A stretch of 64,000 nucleotides of DNA from Planctomycetota bacterium (GTDB lineage: Bacteria; Planctomycetota; SZUA-567; JAFGGJ01), in assembly GCA_016930595.1 (NCBI GenBank), contig JAFGGJ010000067.1:2275-66274 (forward strand), given 5' to 3'. A program made the translations under genes and the position numbers. The notes beneath the pieces are model-generated. The model saw only the letters and a program-made list of their open reading frames with translations, made no database searches and was not told the origin of the DNA. Shown here one piece after another: positions 20,254 through 30,617 of the stretch. The stretch's first letter is position 1. Every line of letters begins with the position of its first letter.

Positions 20254-20868
20254 ATGAAATCCTCCTGGCTTAAATTCGGCAAGATCCTCTATGCCTGCGG
20301 CCTGTTTATCATGGCTGCCGCCCTGTATGATCCCTTCCTGACGGCCTACGGCCGCGGCGGAATCCCCGCCGTGCTCGAACCCCGTGAAGCCCTCGCGGCC
20401 GGGCACACTTATATCCTACGAAACCACGGCGTTGCCACCCCCGTTTCAGACGTCTACTATGACATGCTCCTCAAATCCTCCAGGATTTCACGCTTTCTGC
20501 TGATGGCCGCCGTCCCGTTCCTGGTGCTCGGTATGCTCGCCACGGTGATCGACGGCTGGAAGTGGAGCATTACAAGCGCACGCGGCCGGGTTATGCTCTG
20601 GGTACGTCTCTTCATCCCTTCTCCAGGCGAACCGTTGGCCGCCTCCGTCGCAAAAACTTACCTCTGGCTCCTGCTCGCGGCCGTCTTCTCCCTCGGCTCC
20701 GTCTTCGATACCGCCTCCCTCGGCGAAAAAGGCCACGTGCGTATCGTCTGGGCCGCTTATGCCGCCTGTCTCCCGTGCGCGGCCCTCCTGGCGCTGCTCC
20801 TGCGTCTCCTGCTGCCCGGGCCGGCCCACCGGGATCCGTCCGCCGCCGTACCCCGGCAAAACGGGTAG
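20254..20868 (+). CDS. hypothetical integral membrane protein
   Basis: 204-aa ORF with about 5 hydrophobic helices. No recognisable motif. Confidence 0.45.
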   Translation: MKSSWLKFGKILYACGLFIMAAALYDPFLTAYGRGGIPAVLEPREALAAGHTYILRNHGVATPVSDVYYDMLLKSSRISRFLLMAAVPFLVLGMLATVIDGWKWSITSARGRVMLWVRLFIPSPGEPLAASVAKTYLWLLLAAVFSLGSVFDTASLGEKGHVRIVWAAYAACLPCAALLALLLRLLLPGPAHRDPSAAVPRQNG

Positions 20869-20875
20869 TCCCGCC

Positions 20876-21985
20876 TTGGTCCCCGACGCAGCCCACGCCA
20901 CGCTCCGCAGCCGCCTGGCGGCATCCTTCACCACCGGTATCGTCAAAGGGCTTAAAGCCGCCGCGTGGCTCCTTGCCATCATGGTCCCGATATCCTTCGC
21001 GGTCCGCCTCCTCTACTGGTCCGGCGCCCTGCAGGCCGCCGCACGCTTCCTGGCCCCTGCTTTCGGATATCTCGGCCTGCCGGCGGAAAGCGCCGTCAGC
21101 ATCGTCAGCTCCATCCTGCTGAACATCTACTCCTGCATCGCCGCCATGGAACCCCTGGGTCTCGATGACCGCCAGGCCACCGTCATCGCACTCATGGCCC
21201 TCATAGCACATAACTTCCCCGTGGAAGTCGCCGTGCAGAAGAAAGCCGGCTCTTCCGCCGTCTTCATGATCCTCCTCCGGCTTCTTTCCGCCGCCGCCGC
21301 CGGCTTCTTCCTCAACACGGTATTGCCTCCGTCCACCGCACTCGTCGCCATCGAATCTCAGGCCCCGCCGGCCTCTTTCGGCGCGCTGATGCAGGAATGG
21401 TCCCTCAACACCGGCATACTCATGGCCCAAATCATCGGTATCGTGGCGGGCCTGATGATTCTCCAGCGCATACTCGTGGAATTTCACCTGGTGGAACGTG
21501 TCACGTGGATATTCCGTCCCCTGCTGTGGCTCATGGGACTGCCCCGCCGCACCGCTTTCCTCTGGATAGTCGCCAATACTCTCGGGCTGGCCTACGGCGC
21601 CGCCGTCATCGTCGATGAATCCCGCTCGGGCAACCTCACCAGAGACGATGTCCGCCTCCTGAACATCTCCATCGCCGTGTGCCATTCCCTTCTCGAAGAC
21701 ACCCTCCTTTTCGCCGCTGTCGGCTGCTGGGTATTCTGGATAACGGTCCCGCGCCTCGTCCTCGCGGCCGCCGCCGTCTGGGGCTACCGGGCCTGCAGGC
21801 TGCTCCTGTCCTCCGGAAAAACCACCGCACCCGCCGCCTTGACCGCCGCTGACTCCGCTCCTCCGCAGGCCCGCAGCGAAGCCCTCTCTCTTAGTCAAGG
21901 TGACCACATTGCCGTGCCTCAAGGTCAATCTGACCCTCAGAAAACCCCCGTACAAAACCCTGATGCCCGGGACCCCTCAGCGTAA
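20876..21985 (+). CDS. nucleoside-recognition (Gate) domain membrane protein
   Basis: The ORF opens at 20759 but overlaps the previous gene, so TTG at 20876 is the first non-overlapping start. Shows FeoB-C/SpmA-like Gate-domain features (GIVKGLKAAAWLLAIMVPISF, ESAVSIVSSILLNIYS). Confidence 0.55.
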   Translation: MVPDAAHATLRSRLAASFTTGIVKGLKAAAWLLAIMVPISFAVRLLYWSGALQAAARFLAPAFGYLGLPAESAVSIVSSILLNIYSCIAAMEPLGLDDRQATVIALMALIAHNFPVEVAVQKKAGSSAVFMILLRLLSAAAAGFFLNTVLPPSTALVAIESQAPPASFGALMQEWSLNTGILMAQIIGIVAGLMILQRILVEFHLVERVTWIFRPLLWLMGLPRRTAFLWIVANTLGLAYGAAVIVDESRSGNLTRDDVRLLNISIAVCHSLLEDTLLFAAVGCWVFWITVPRLVLAAAAVWGYRACRLLLSSGKTTAPAALTAADSAPPQARSEALSLSQGDHIAVPQGQSDPQKTPVQNPDARDPSA

Positions 21986-22129
21986 CACCCTGCCGACAAA
22001 CATGTTATACGATTATCCATCTTCTTGTCGCCGTGGCACGGTTTTTGTTCTATCTACCTGGCATACCGGGCATCCCTTGCCCGGCCTTTGGCGTTTTGAC
22101 TTCTTGGAACTGGTTAGGAGGTCGTTATC

Positions 22130-22423
22130 ATGAAGGTAGTTCCTCTGGGTGACAGGGTCCTGGTAAAACGTATCGAAGCCGAAGAAAAAACTTCCGGAGG
22201 CATCATCCTCCCGGACACCGCAAAGGAAAAACCCAAGGAAGGCCGCGTCATCGCCGTCGGCGAAGGCCGCCTTACCGACGAAGGCGTGCGGGTCGCACTC
22301 CAGGTCAAAAAAGGTGACCGGATCATTTTTTCTTCCTACGCAGGCAATGAAGTTAAGATCGATGGTGATGAACACCTGATCATGTCCGAAGACGACATCC
22401 TCGCCGTCGTCAAAGAGAAATAA
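22130..22423 (+). CDS. groES: co-chaperonin GroES
   Basis: 97-aa ORF: [30 protein letters not shown] aggagg is 8 nt upstream. Confidence 0.95.
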   Translation: MKVVPLGDRVLVKRIEAEEKTSGGIILPDTAKEKPKEGRVIAVGEGRLTDEGVRVALQVKKGDRIIFSSYAGNEVKIDGDEHLIMSEDDILAVVKEK

Positions 22424-22459
22424 CAGCCCGTCCGTCGGCTGTTTGGAAAGGTTGCTCTC

Positions 22460-24121
<1,662 letters not shown>

Positions 24122-24153
24122 TGTAATCACGTAACCCTTCGCAACTCCTGCGC

Positions 24154-24187
24154 GGGGACGGAGCATCGCTCCGTCCCCGTTTTTTTG
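24154..24187 (+). terminator. rho-independent terminator of groESL
   Basis: Stem ggggacggagc / gctccgtcccc with a 3-nt loop, followed by gttttttt. Confidence 0.75.
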
Positions 24188-24263
24188 TGCCTTTCCAGGC
24201 TTCCTTGTCCTATGCAGCCGCCCACGGCAACTATAAAATAGAGCCGGGGCAGAGCATGTCATA

Positions 24264-24911
24264 TTGACAACGCCGCCCGCTTTCTTCGTCGGTACCTTGA
24301 GAAAGGATGCTCTCCTGCCGCAGCACGGGCCCGAAGACGCCGATCACCTCGCCGCAAACAGCGACTCCGCGCTCGTGTCCCTTGCACGGAAAGGCGCCAG
24401 GGAAGCTTTCGCCGTCCTCGTCCGCCGTTACGTCAGGCTCGTCGTGGCCGTCGCACAGGCTTCCGTCGGCGCCCAGGACGCCGAAGATATGGCACAGGAC
24501 GTATTTGCAGAAGCCTGGCGCTCGCTGGATATGCTGCGCTCCCCGGAATATTTCAAAGCCTGGCTTGTCGGCATCACCAGGCATATGTGCATCTACAGGC
24601 TCCGCAGGCGCATACGCGAAGAAGAAGTCTATTCCGAATTCTCCGATATACAGAAAGCCGCCTCCGCCGGCGAATCCGACGCCACCCCTGCGGCCGAACA
24701 CAGGGAAAGCATTTCTCTCCTCAATTCCGCCGTCGAACACCTCCCCGAAACTTATCGCCGGGTCGTCCTCATGCGCTACATGGCCGGCCTCAGCGTCGAT
24801 GAAATCGCCCAGGCTCTCGGCATCACTCGCGCCGCCTGCGATAAACGCCTTACAAGAGCCAAGCAGCGACTGAAGGACATGCTTAAGGACACAATTATTG
24901 GGGATTCATGA
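24264..24911 (+). CDS. ECF-type RNA polymerase sigma-70 family factor
   Basis: Region 2 (AFAVLVRRY ... DAEDMAQDVFAEAWRSL) and region 4 (YRRVVLMRYMAGLSVDEIAQALGITRAACDKRLTRAKQRLK). No in-frame ATG near the N-terminus, so the start is TTG at 24264 or TTG at 24297. Confidence 0.8.
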   Translation: MTTPPAFFVGTLRKDALLPQHGPEDADHLAANSDSALVSLARKGAREAFAVLVRRYVRLVVAVAQASVGAQDAEDMAQDVFAEAWRSLDMLRSPEYFKAWLVGITRHMCIYRLRRRIREEEVYSEFSDIQKAASAGESDATPAAEHRESISLLNSAVEHLPETYRRVVLMRYMAGLSVDEIAQALGITRAACDKRLTRAKQRLKDMLKDTIIGDS

Positions 24912-25801
24912 AAATGAATAATGCTGACGAAAAAGACCTGCCCAGGGATGAACTTGACGGTGAACCGGTTGACAGTCAACCGGTTGACTGTCAACCGGTT
25001 AACAGCCCGCCGACGGACGCGAAAGACGCCGATTCGGGGCGGAATGTGACCTCGCCGCACACGGAAGACGACTCCATGGAAACGGAAAAAACAGCGCCGA
25101 ATACGGAAAATAGCTCCCCGGAAGCGGAAAAAACAGCGCCGGAAGGCGCCGACACAGCCGATGATTCTTCCATTTCCGGGCGGCTCGAAGCCATGCTGCA
25201 CGGCATGGCCGAAGAACACCAGTGGCGGAGGCTCGAAGAGCGCGTGCTTGAAACCATAGAGCATGTTCCGCCGGGTGCGGAAGCCGCCCTGGCTTCGTGG
25301 CTCTGGTGGCTCATGGCGTCCACCGGCATCGGCGTCGTGGTGATGGGGTGGCTGAGAGCGGCCGAGATCACCGGGTGGAAGACATCGGCCATCCACGGGT
25401 ACCTGCCGGTCCTGGGCAATACACTGCTGATCCTGTCGGCCCTGGGGCTGATCTGGGCGGGGAGAGCGGCGGTTTCACCCAAGGGAGAAGATTCCGAATT
25501 CGGTCCTCCTGCGCTGCGGTGGCTCATAATCGGCTCCGGGTGGGCGGCGGCGCTGGTAGGAGCCCTGGTGGCCCTGCTGCCCGCTGCGCAGGAAGGCAGC
25601 GTACCGGGCGGCACGGTACCGTTCATAGTCTTTGCGGCGGTCAGCGGGCTTGTGGCATCGTGGGCGCTGGAACTGCGGCACCAGGGGATCGTGCTGGCGA
25701 CTGCGCCTGACAGTGCGCTCAGGCGTGCTTCCGTGGCCATCGGCATACTGCTGATACTGGCCGCATCCGTTCTGCAGGTGTACTTTCTGGCGTTACGCTG
25801 A
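24908..25801 (+). CDS. multi-pass membrane protein, putative anti-sigma factor
   Basis: ATGA overlap with the sigma gene stop. Acidic, repetitive N-terminal about 100 aa, then about 6 TM helices. Position and coupling are typical of a cognate anti-sigma. No zinc-finger motif seen. Confidence 0.5.
   Translation: MKMNNADEKDLPRDELDGEPVDSQPVDCQPVNSPPTDAKDADSGRNVTSPHTEDDSMETEKTAPNTENSSPEAEKTAPEGADTADDSSISGRLEAMLHGMAEEHQWRRLEERVLETIEHVPPGAEAALASWLWWLMASTGIGVVVMGWLRAAEITGWKTSAIHGYLPVLGNTLLILSALGLIWAGRAAVSPKGEDSEFGPPALRWLIIGSGWAAALVGALVALLPAAQEGSVPGGTVPFIVFAAVSGLVASWALELRHQGIVLATAPDSALRRASVAIGILLILAASVLQVYFLALR
24963..25000. repeat. perfect 38-bp palindrome formed by three 15-bp tandem units (24960-25004)
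   Basis: AACCGGTTGACAGTCAACCGGTTGACTGTCAACCGGTT equals its own reverse complement. Units are gtgaaccggttgaca / gtcaaccggttgact / gtcaaccggttaaca. Confidence 0.95.
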
Positions 25802-25818
25802 GGCCTGCGATAGACCTG

Positions 25819-25847
25819 TTGACCGTATCATGAGGGGACGCTACAAT
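25819..25847 (+). promoter_or_regulatory. sigma-70-type promoter candidate (TTGACC-N17-TACAAT)
   Basis: Near-consensus hexamers with a 17-nt spacer, 38 nt upstream of the ATG at 25885. Confidence 0.5.
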
Positions 25848-25884
25848 AGCGGTGTCGCGAAATAACTCATTTAGGGAGAAAAGC

Positions 25885-26592
25885 ATGTCCACGTTCAACA
25901 GGCTGGTCACCGTTGTCGGAATCGTCACACTGCTGGGATGCGGCGGCGAGGACAAAAAGCCCGAAGTTTCCGCTGACATCGATCCGGCGCCCACCGGCGC
26001 GGTTACGGGGATATCGAAGGCCCTTCCTGGCGGGACGGAAAGCGCCGGCGATGCGGAAGGCGGAAAAGTGGTCAAGAGCGATCTGCCCGTACCGAAGCCG
26101 ACTGCAGGTTCCGACAACCCGAACGCCGCCGGGGGCGAAGTGCCCGCCAGCGCCAAGGTCCGCCTGACGGACGCCGGAGTCAAGTCCATCATCAGCGCCA
26201 TGGGCGAGCTGGAAACACTGGCACAGAAAATGGACACTACGGGGGACGGATCGCCCGAAGCCGCGATGGAGCTGGCGAGGGCGGAGGGCCACCTGGAGGA
26301 ACTCAACGCCATAGCGCGCAACCACGGATTCGAAGACGGGGAGGCATTTCTGGCTTCGTACATGCGCCTCGTGTTCGCCTTCAGTTACGTCAACATGAAG
26401 ACGGAATTCGAAGAAGGGATGAAAGACCTGGATCCTCAGCAGCGAGCGCTGATGAATTCGATGATGGGAGCGCAGTTGAACGCGGCCCTCACGGAACTCA
26501 AGAAACAGATGGACGCGATGGGGATAACCGAAGAAGAGACAAACATAGTTTTCGCCAATTCTGCGGCTCTCAAAGCAGCGCTGGACAAGTAA
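25885..26592 (+). CDS. hypothetical lipoprotein
   Basis: ATG at 25885 is preceded by agggaga. Lipobox VTLLGC. Pro/Gly-rich linker, then a helical C-terminal domain. Confidence 0.55.
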   Translation: MSTFNRLVTVVGIVTLLGCGGEDKKPEVSADIDPAPTGAVTGISKALPGGTESAGDAEGGKVVKSDLPVPKPTAGSDNPNAAGGEVPASAKVRLTDAGVKSIISAMGELETLAQKMDTTGDGSPEAAMELARAEGHLEELNAIARNHGFEDGEAFLASYMRLVFAFSYVNMKTEFEEGMKDLDPQQRALMNSMMGAQLNAALTELKKQMDAMGITEEETNIVFANSAALKAALDK

Positions 26593-26718
26593 GCGCTGCA
26601 TCCAACCAGTGGTTGGGCAAGGAGTTACAAAAAACGCGAAAAACCGTGAACCCGCGCCGTTTCCCATGCGTTTATATTATCAGGGAACAGGTATTGCCTC
26701 AGGGCCCATGGAGAAGCC

Positions 26719-27561
26719 ATGCAGGTTGACGACGAAAAGAAGGGCGGCGGACTGGCAGCGGACGTATCCGCCGATCTCTCCGGTGGGGAAGCGGTTCTCG
26801 CCGAACGAATAGCGGAGCTAATGCAGGGGGAAAGCCGTTCGGCCGCGCCCGAGGGATTCGCCCAGCGGGTGATTGCCGCCGTAGAAGAAGTGCGATTCAG
26901 AGGCAAAGCAAGCAGGAGGTACGAGAGGATAACGGAGTCGCAGAAGCGCAGCTGGCGGGCGTTTTCCGCCGGTTACCGGAAGACATTCGTTGCGGCGGCG
27001 GCGCTTGTGTTTGCGATCCTGGGGCTTTCGGTCTACTGGCGTTTCGAGCAGGCAGCGAGCAGCCGTGCGTTCATGCAGGCCATGCTCATGCCTGCATCGG
27101 TCACGGGCATGGATCCTGAAAAACGCCGGAGGCAGCGCGTGGACGGATACGAGATGGAGGTATCGGCGGCTGTCACCGACGGGACGGCGGACGTCAGCCG
27201 GATGATACCCAACGGGCCGGTGTACCTTGTGGGGCAGCGCGACGACGTCACAGGGGAGGTGTGCATATTTGCGTACAGCGAAAGCCAGTGGCGGACGCTG
27301 GACGAGATGCTCGGGGGACGCGGCGACCGGATTCTGAAGGAGACATGGAACTTCGTGAGGGAGCATTCCCGCCTTGCGGACGTAGTTGACGGGAAACTCG
27401 ACATTCCCGAGGACATGTGGCAGGACTTTCTGGACGGGTCCGACATGACGTCGATGCTCAAGTTTTCCGAGCGAAGCGAATTCTGGGAACCGGTGAACCT
27501 GCAGGAATACCGCAGGGGTTCCATTATCATCAAGGCTGCGCCGGAATGGAACGAAGGCTGA
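26719..27561 (+). CDS. single-pass membrane protein, anti-sigma-factor-like architecture
   Basis: 280-aa ORF with RBS ggagaag. Cytoplasmic N-terminus with PEGFAQRVIAAVEEV, one TM (FVAAAALVFAILGLSVYW), and an extracytoplasmic domain of about 170 aa. Confidence 0.45.
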   Translation: MQVDDEKKGGGLAADVSADLSGGEAVLAERIAELMQGESRSAAPEGFAQRVIAAVEEVRFRGKASRRYERITESQKRSWRAFSAGYRKTFVAAAALVFAILGLSVYWRFEQAASSRAFMQAMLMPASVTGMDPEKRRRQRVDGYEMEVSAAVTDGTADVSRMIPNGPVYLVGQRDDVTGEVCIFAYSESQWRTLDEMLGGRGDRILKETWNFVREHSRLADVVDGKLDIPEDMWQDFLDGSDMTSMLKFSERSEFWEPVNLQEYRRGSIIIKAAPEWNEG

Positions 27562-27652
27562 GGGGGTCCGGCTTTCCGCCGGGGCCGCCCCGATCATAGC
27601 GTCTGAGGTTCAGGGGGCGGCGAAGCCAAGAATCCGAGTGGGACATCTGCGC

Positions 27653-27683
27653 AAAGAAAAACCGGGGCGCGCGTGCGCCCCGG
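27653..27683 (-). terminator. rho-independent terminator (hairpin usable from both convergent genes)
   Basis: Stem ccggggcgc-gcgt-gcgccccgg (9 bp). On the minus strand it is followed by tttttcttt. Confidence 0.6.
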
Positions 27684-27710
27684 ATACAAAGCACAACCCC
27701 TCGGTGCGGA

Positions 27711-28355
27711 TCAACCGCCCACGCGTGCCAGCCACCAGTCCCTTATCTTCTTCTTGTCATCGATGATAACATCGCGGATTTTGCGCAATTGCTCTTCCGG
27801 GTCGCGGGTGATACCGAGCAGGCTCCTTGCGTTCGGCCTGCTGTAAGCGTCTATGGCTTTTTCGTAGTAGCCGAATTCCTGGTCATACCTTGCGCGAATT
27901 TCCGAAGCGGAGAGCTGTGGATTGTCCTTGCTGCCCCAGAGCGGAAGCTCCATGGAGAACTCGACACATTGAGCCATTGTGAAGTAGGCGTCACCGGCCA
28001 AGTCCGGGGAAACGGCTATCGTCCCCTCGACTTCGGCAATAGCGGCCGGGAGGTCTTTTCTGGCGAGGCGTTTTGCCGTCTGCCAGGTCTGGTACACGTT
28101 GAAATCGGGGTCGTTGGATTCCAGTTTCATGGACATCGTGGGATCTTTGTTGGGATCACTGGCAGCGACCAGGTAGTTTTCGACACCCGGCTTGTGCAGG
28201 TCAGGATTCATAATGGGGTTGTCTTTCTTCCACTTGCTGAAAATGATGGCGCCAATGGCGCCACCGACCACAATTATGCCCAGAACGATGAAGATCATGT
28301 TCTGGTTGCCGCCAGCGGTCTTATCTCTGCGTTGAATCATTGCTTTCCCCTTCAT
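27711..28355 (-). CDS. hypothetical N-terminally membrane-anchored protein
   Basis: 214-aa ORF with one TM (MIFIVLGIIVVGGAIGAIIF). Alternative ATG at 28340 has a better RBS (aagggga). Confidence 0.5.
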   Translation of the reverse strand: MKGKAMIQRRDKTAGGNQNMIFIVLGIIVVGGAIGAIIFSKWKKDNPIMNPDLHKPGVENYLVAASDPNKDPTMSMKLESNDPDFNVYQTWQTAKRLARKDLPAAIAEVEGTIAVSPDLAGDAYFTMAQCVEFSMELPLWGSKDNPQLSASEIRARYDQEFGYYEKAIDAYSRPNARSLLGITRDPEEQLRKIRDVIIDDKKKIRDWWLARVGG

Positions 28356-28504
28356 TCAAGTAACCGATACCGGAAGGCCCGCCCGCTTCAACACACGTGA
28401 TGATTATAACTCCCGGCCGTCCCGGGTCAACAGGGCGGCGAATATTTCCCAGGGGCAGGCCGGCGCCGGCGCCGACGGTACCGCGGGGCCCTGCGATGCG
28501 TGGG

Positions 28505-29584
28505 TCACCCGGCCATCTCAGCCGCGGTTTCGAGGACCGTCACGTAGTGATCAACGGGCATGTAGTTTGGGAGGGAATTGCCGGTGCCGAAGGCCCAGTA
28601 GCCGTCCTCCCAGCATTTTTCGATGATATTCCTTGCGTACGCCTTGAGCTCTTCGCCTTCCCGGCGGCATATCACATCGACGTCCAGTCCGCCCAAGGGG
28701 GTAATCCTGTCGCCGTAGAGTTTCTTGAAATCCGCCACGGGGAGTATGGCGTCCTCGAAAGAATGCTTAGCGTCTATCCTGCAGAAATCGATGAGGTCGT
28801 CGTAGACTTCCGCGAGGTTGCCGCAGGAATGCAATATGAAGGGCTTGCCGTTATGGTGCGCGCAGGAGGCCATGTCCCTGTATATGGGGAAGACGAGTTT
28901 CCTGAGCTGTTGGGGGCGCAGGAAGGTAGCGGTCTTGAAGCCGAGATCGTCGCCCTGGCGGAGGGCGCCCACGGCGTCCATGGTGGCCAACTGGCGGTCG
29001 GCGCTCCGATGGAGGTTGCCCACTTTTTCAAAGACCATTTCGACGAGGAGCGGGTCGTCGAGGAGGAGGTACGAGAGGCCGACAGTGCCCAGCATCATGG
29101 AAACCCACTCGTAGGGGCCGGCCGCGACGCCGCCGACAATCCTGACGCCGTCGGGCAGCAGGGCGGCCACGGTATCGAAGTGGTGAAAATCTATGGGAGA
29201 GGCTTCGTCCGGCCAGGGATACTTTTCAAAATCCTCCCGGTTTCTGATGACGACATTGGCCTCGCTTCCGTGGGAGAGGGCGCCTTCCAGGTGAGCGTCG
29301 GGGAGAGGGCACTTGAGCGGTATTTCCATAGGTATGCAGTCGAAGCCCATGCCCAGCCAGAAATCGATGTAAGTTTCCCAGTACTGGCGATCATCCCTGG
29401 ACATCCTGTCAAAGGGCTTACCGGTACGTTCCGCGATGAAGCCTGAACTGGCTATATGTTCATAGAACGGCAGGTGGTCGGGTGTCCCCCGGCGCCAGAG
29501 GACTTTGAGGAACTGGTCGAAATCGGGCGTTCGGTTAATCCTGCTGCTCATAGGCGCTCCAATCCGCTTGTGGAAGCAAGGCAA
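28505..29584 (-). CDS. URO-D/MtaA family protein, paralogue D
   Basis: 359-aa ORF with RGTPDHLPFYEH N-terminal motif and ILHSCGNLAEVYDDLID block. Confidence 0.7.
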   Translation of the reverse strand: MPCFHKRIGAPMSSRINRTPDFDQFLKVLWRRGTPDHLPFYEHIASSGFIAERTGKPFDRMSRDDRQYWETYIDFWLGMGFDCIPMEIPLKCPLPDAHLEGALSHGSEANVVIRNREDFEKYPWPDEASPIDFHHFDTVAALLPDGVRIVGGVAAGPYEWVSMMLGTVGLSYLLLDDPLLVEMVFEKVGNLHRSADRQLATMDAVGALRQGDDLGFKTATFLRPQQLRKLVFPIYRDMASCAHHNGKPFILHSCGNLAEVYDDLIDFCRIDAKHSFEDAILPVADFKKLYGDRITPLGGLDVDVICRREGEELKAYARNIIEKCWEDGYWAFGTGNSLPNYMPVDHYVTVLETAAEMAG

Positions 29585-29603
29585 GCATTATGCGGCGGCC
29601 GGG

Positions 29604-30158
29604 TCACGTCAGATCCTGTAGACGGCGGCCGGCCAAATACCATACACCTGCAAGAAACAGGCAGCCGAGAACGACCGCGGCGCCCGACTTGAGCAACTGA
29701 TCGCTTCTGAGGACCATAGCCAGCGCGGTCCCGGCGGCGGGCGCGTGTTCGGTATCGGTCACGGCCATAACGAAGGTAGCGAGGCCCACGGCAATCCCCC
29801 CCATAAGAGCCATAGCATGGGGGCCGTCGTCCAGGAAATACAGGATGGGGAGGGCGCACAACGCGCCTATCAGCATACAGGAGAGATGCCCTCCGACGCT
29901 TCTCCGCGGGTGAGCCGAATAACTCCTTGGACGTGCGAATATCAGGAAGGCCGTGGAGGCAAGGGAGGCCATGACAATGAGGTCGACGACGCCGAGCAGC
30001 AGGGAGAGGAGGAGCATCATGAACCCCGCTGCCAGGAAGCTCTGGAACACGAAATGCCACATTTTGGGCGGGGTGACGGCGGCCTGCGGCCCGGTATCAA
30101 CCGGCTGTTTTCCGAAAGCCCCGCGTTGTGCTCCGGATAGCACGTTGTGCTTCCTCAT
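29604..30158 (-). CDS. HPP family membrane protein
   Basis: 184-aa ORF with 4-5 TM helices, SAHPRRSVGGH and TEHAPAAGTAL blocks matching the two conserved HPP-family motifs. Confidence 0.65.
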   Translation of the reverse strand: MRKHNVLSGAQRGAFGKQPVDTGPQAAVTPPKMWHFVFQSFLAAGFMMLLLSLLLGVVDLIVMASLASTAFLIFARPRSYSAHPRRSVGGHLSCMLIGALCALPILYFLDDGPHAMALMGGIAVGLATFVMAVTDTEHAPAAGTALAMVLRSDQLLKSGAAVVLGCLFLAGVWYLAGRRLQDLT

Positions 30159-30170
30159 CCACAGAGACGC

Positions 30171-30617
30171 TCAAGAATCATAGCCCGAGACCTTGGCGGT
30201 GATTTCCTCGATTTCCACACGAAGGACCGCGACTCTTTCGAGGGCGGCATCGACAAAGCCGGCCTTGTCCCAGCCGTAGTGGCGCATCAACACGTCCAGG
30301 CCAAAGATTTTATCTTCCCTGTCATCCAGGATTTGGACTTTTCCTTTACCGACGACGCTGCGATAGCGCATACTCCAGCGGCAAGGTTGTTCTGCGCCGA
30401 CCACTTCGACGTCCACATCGGCCTGGAAACAGACGGCTGGGTTTCTGCGGAGGACATCGAGCTTGCCGGAACGCTTACCTGAATGGAGGTAGAGATAGCT
30501 GCCGTCGTAGCCGAAGTTCATGGGGACGATGCGAGGCGTGCCGCCGTCGCACATGGCGATGCGGCAGTAAAGCGCCCTGCGCATGACATCTTCAACAACT
30601 TCCAGTTCATTCGTCAC
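30171..30617 (-). CDS. pyridoxamine 5'-phosphate oxidase family (Nim/COG3467-like) flavin-binding protein
   Basis: 148-aa ORF: RIAMCDGGTPRIVPMNFGYDGSYLYLHSGKRSGKLDVLRRNPAVCFQ. Confidence 0.75.
   Translation of the reverse strand: MTNELEVVEDVMRRALYCRIAMCDGGTPRIVPMNFGYDGSYLYLHSGKRSGKLDVLRRNPAVCFQADVDVEVVGAEQPCRWSMRYRSVVGKGKVQILDDREDKIFGLDVLMRHYGWDKAGFVDAALERVAVLRVEIEEITAKVSGYDS

Noticed and set aside
21986-22129. Looked for a CIRCE operator (TTAGCACTC-N9-GAGTGCTAA) or a clear sigma-32 promoter upstream of groES.
   Set aside because: Neither motif is present. Only a TTGACT hexamer was found, too close to the ATG to be a -35. No regulatory call is made.
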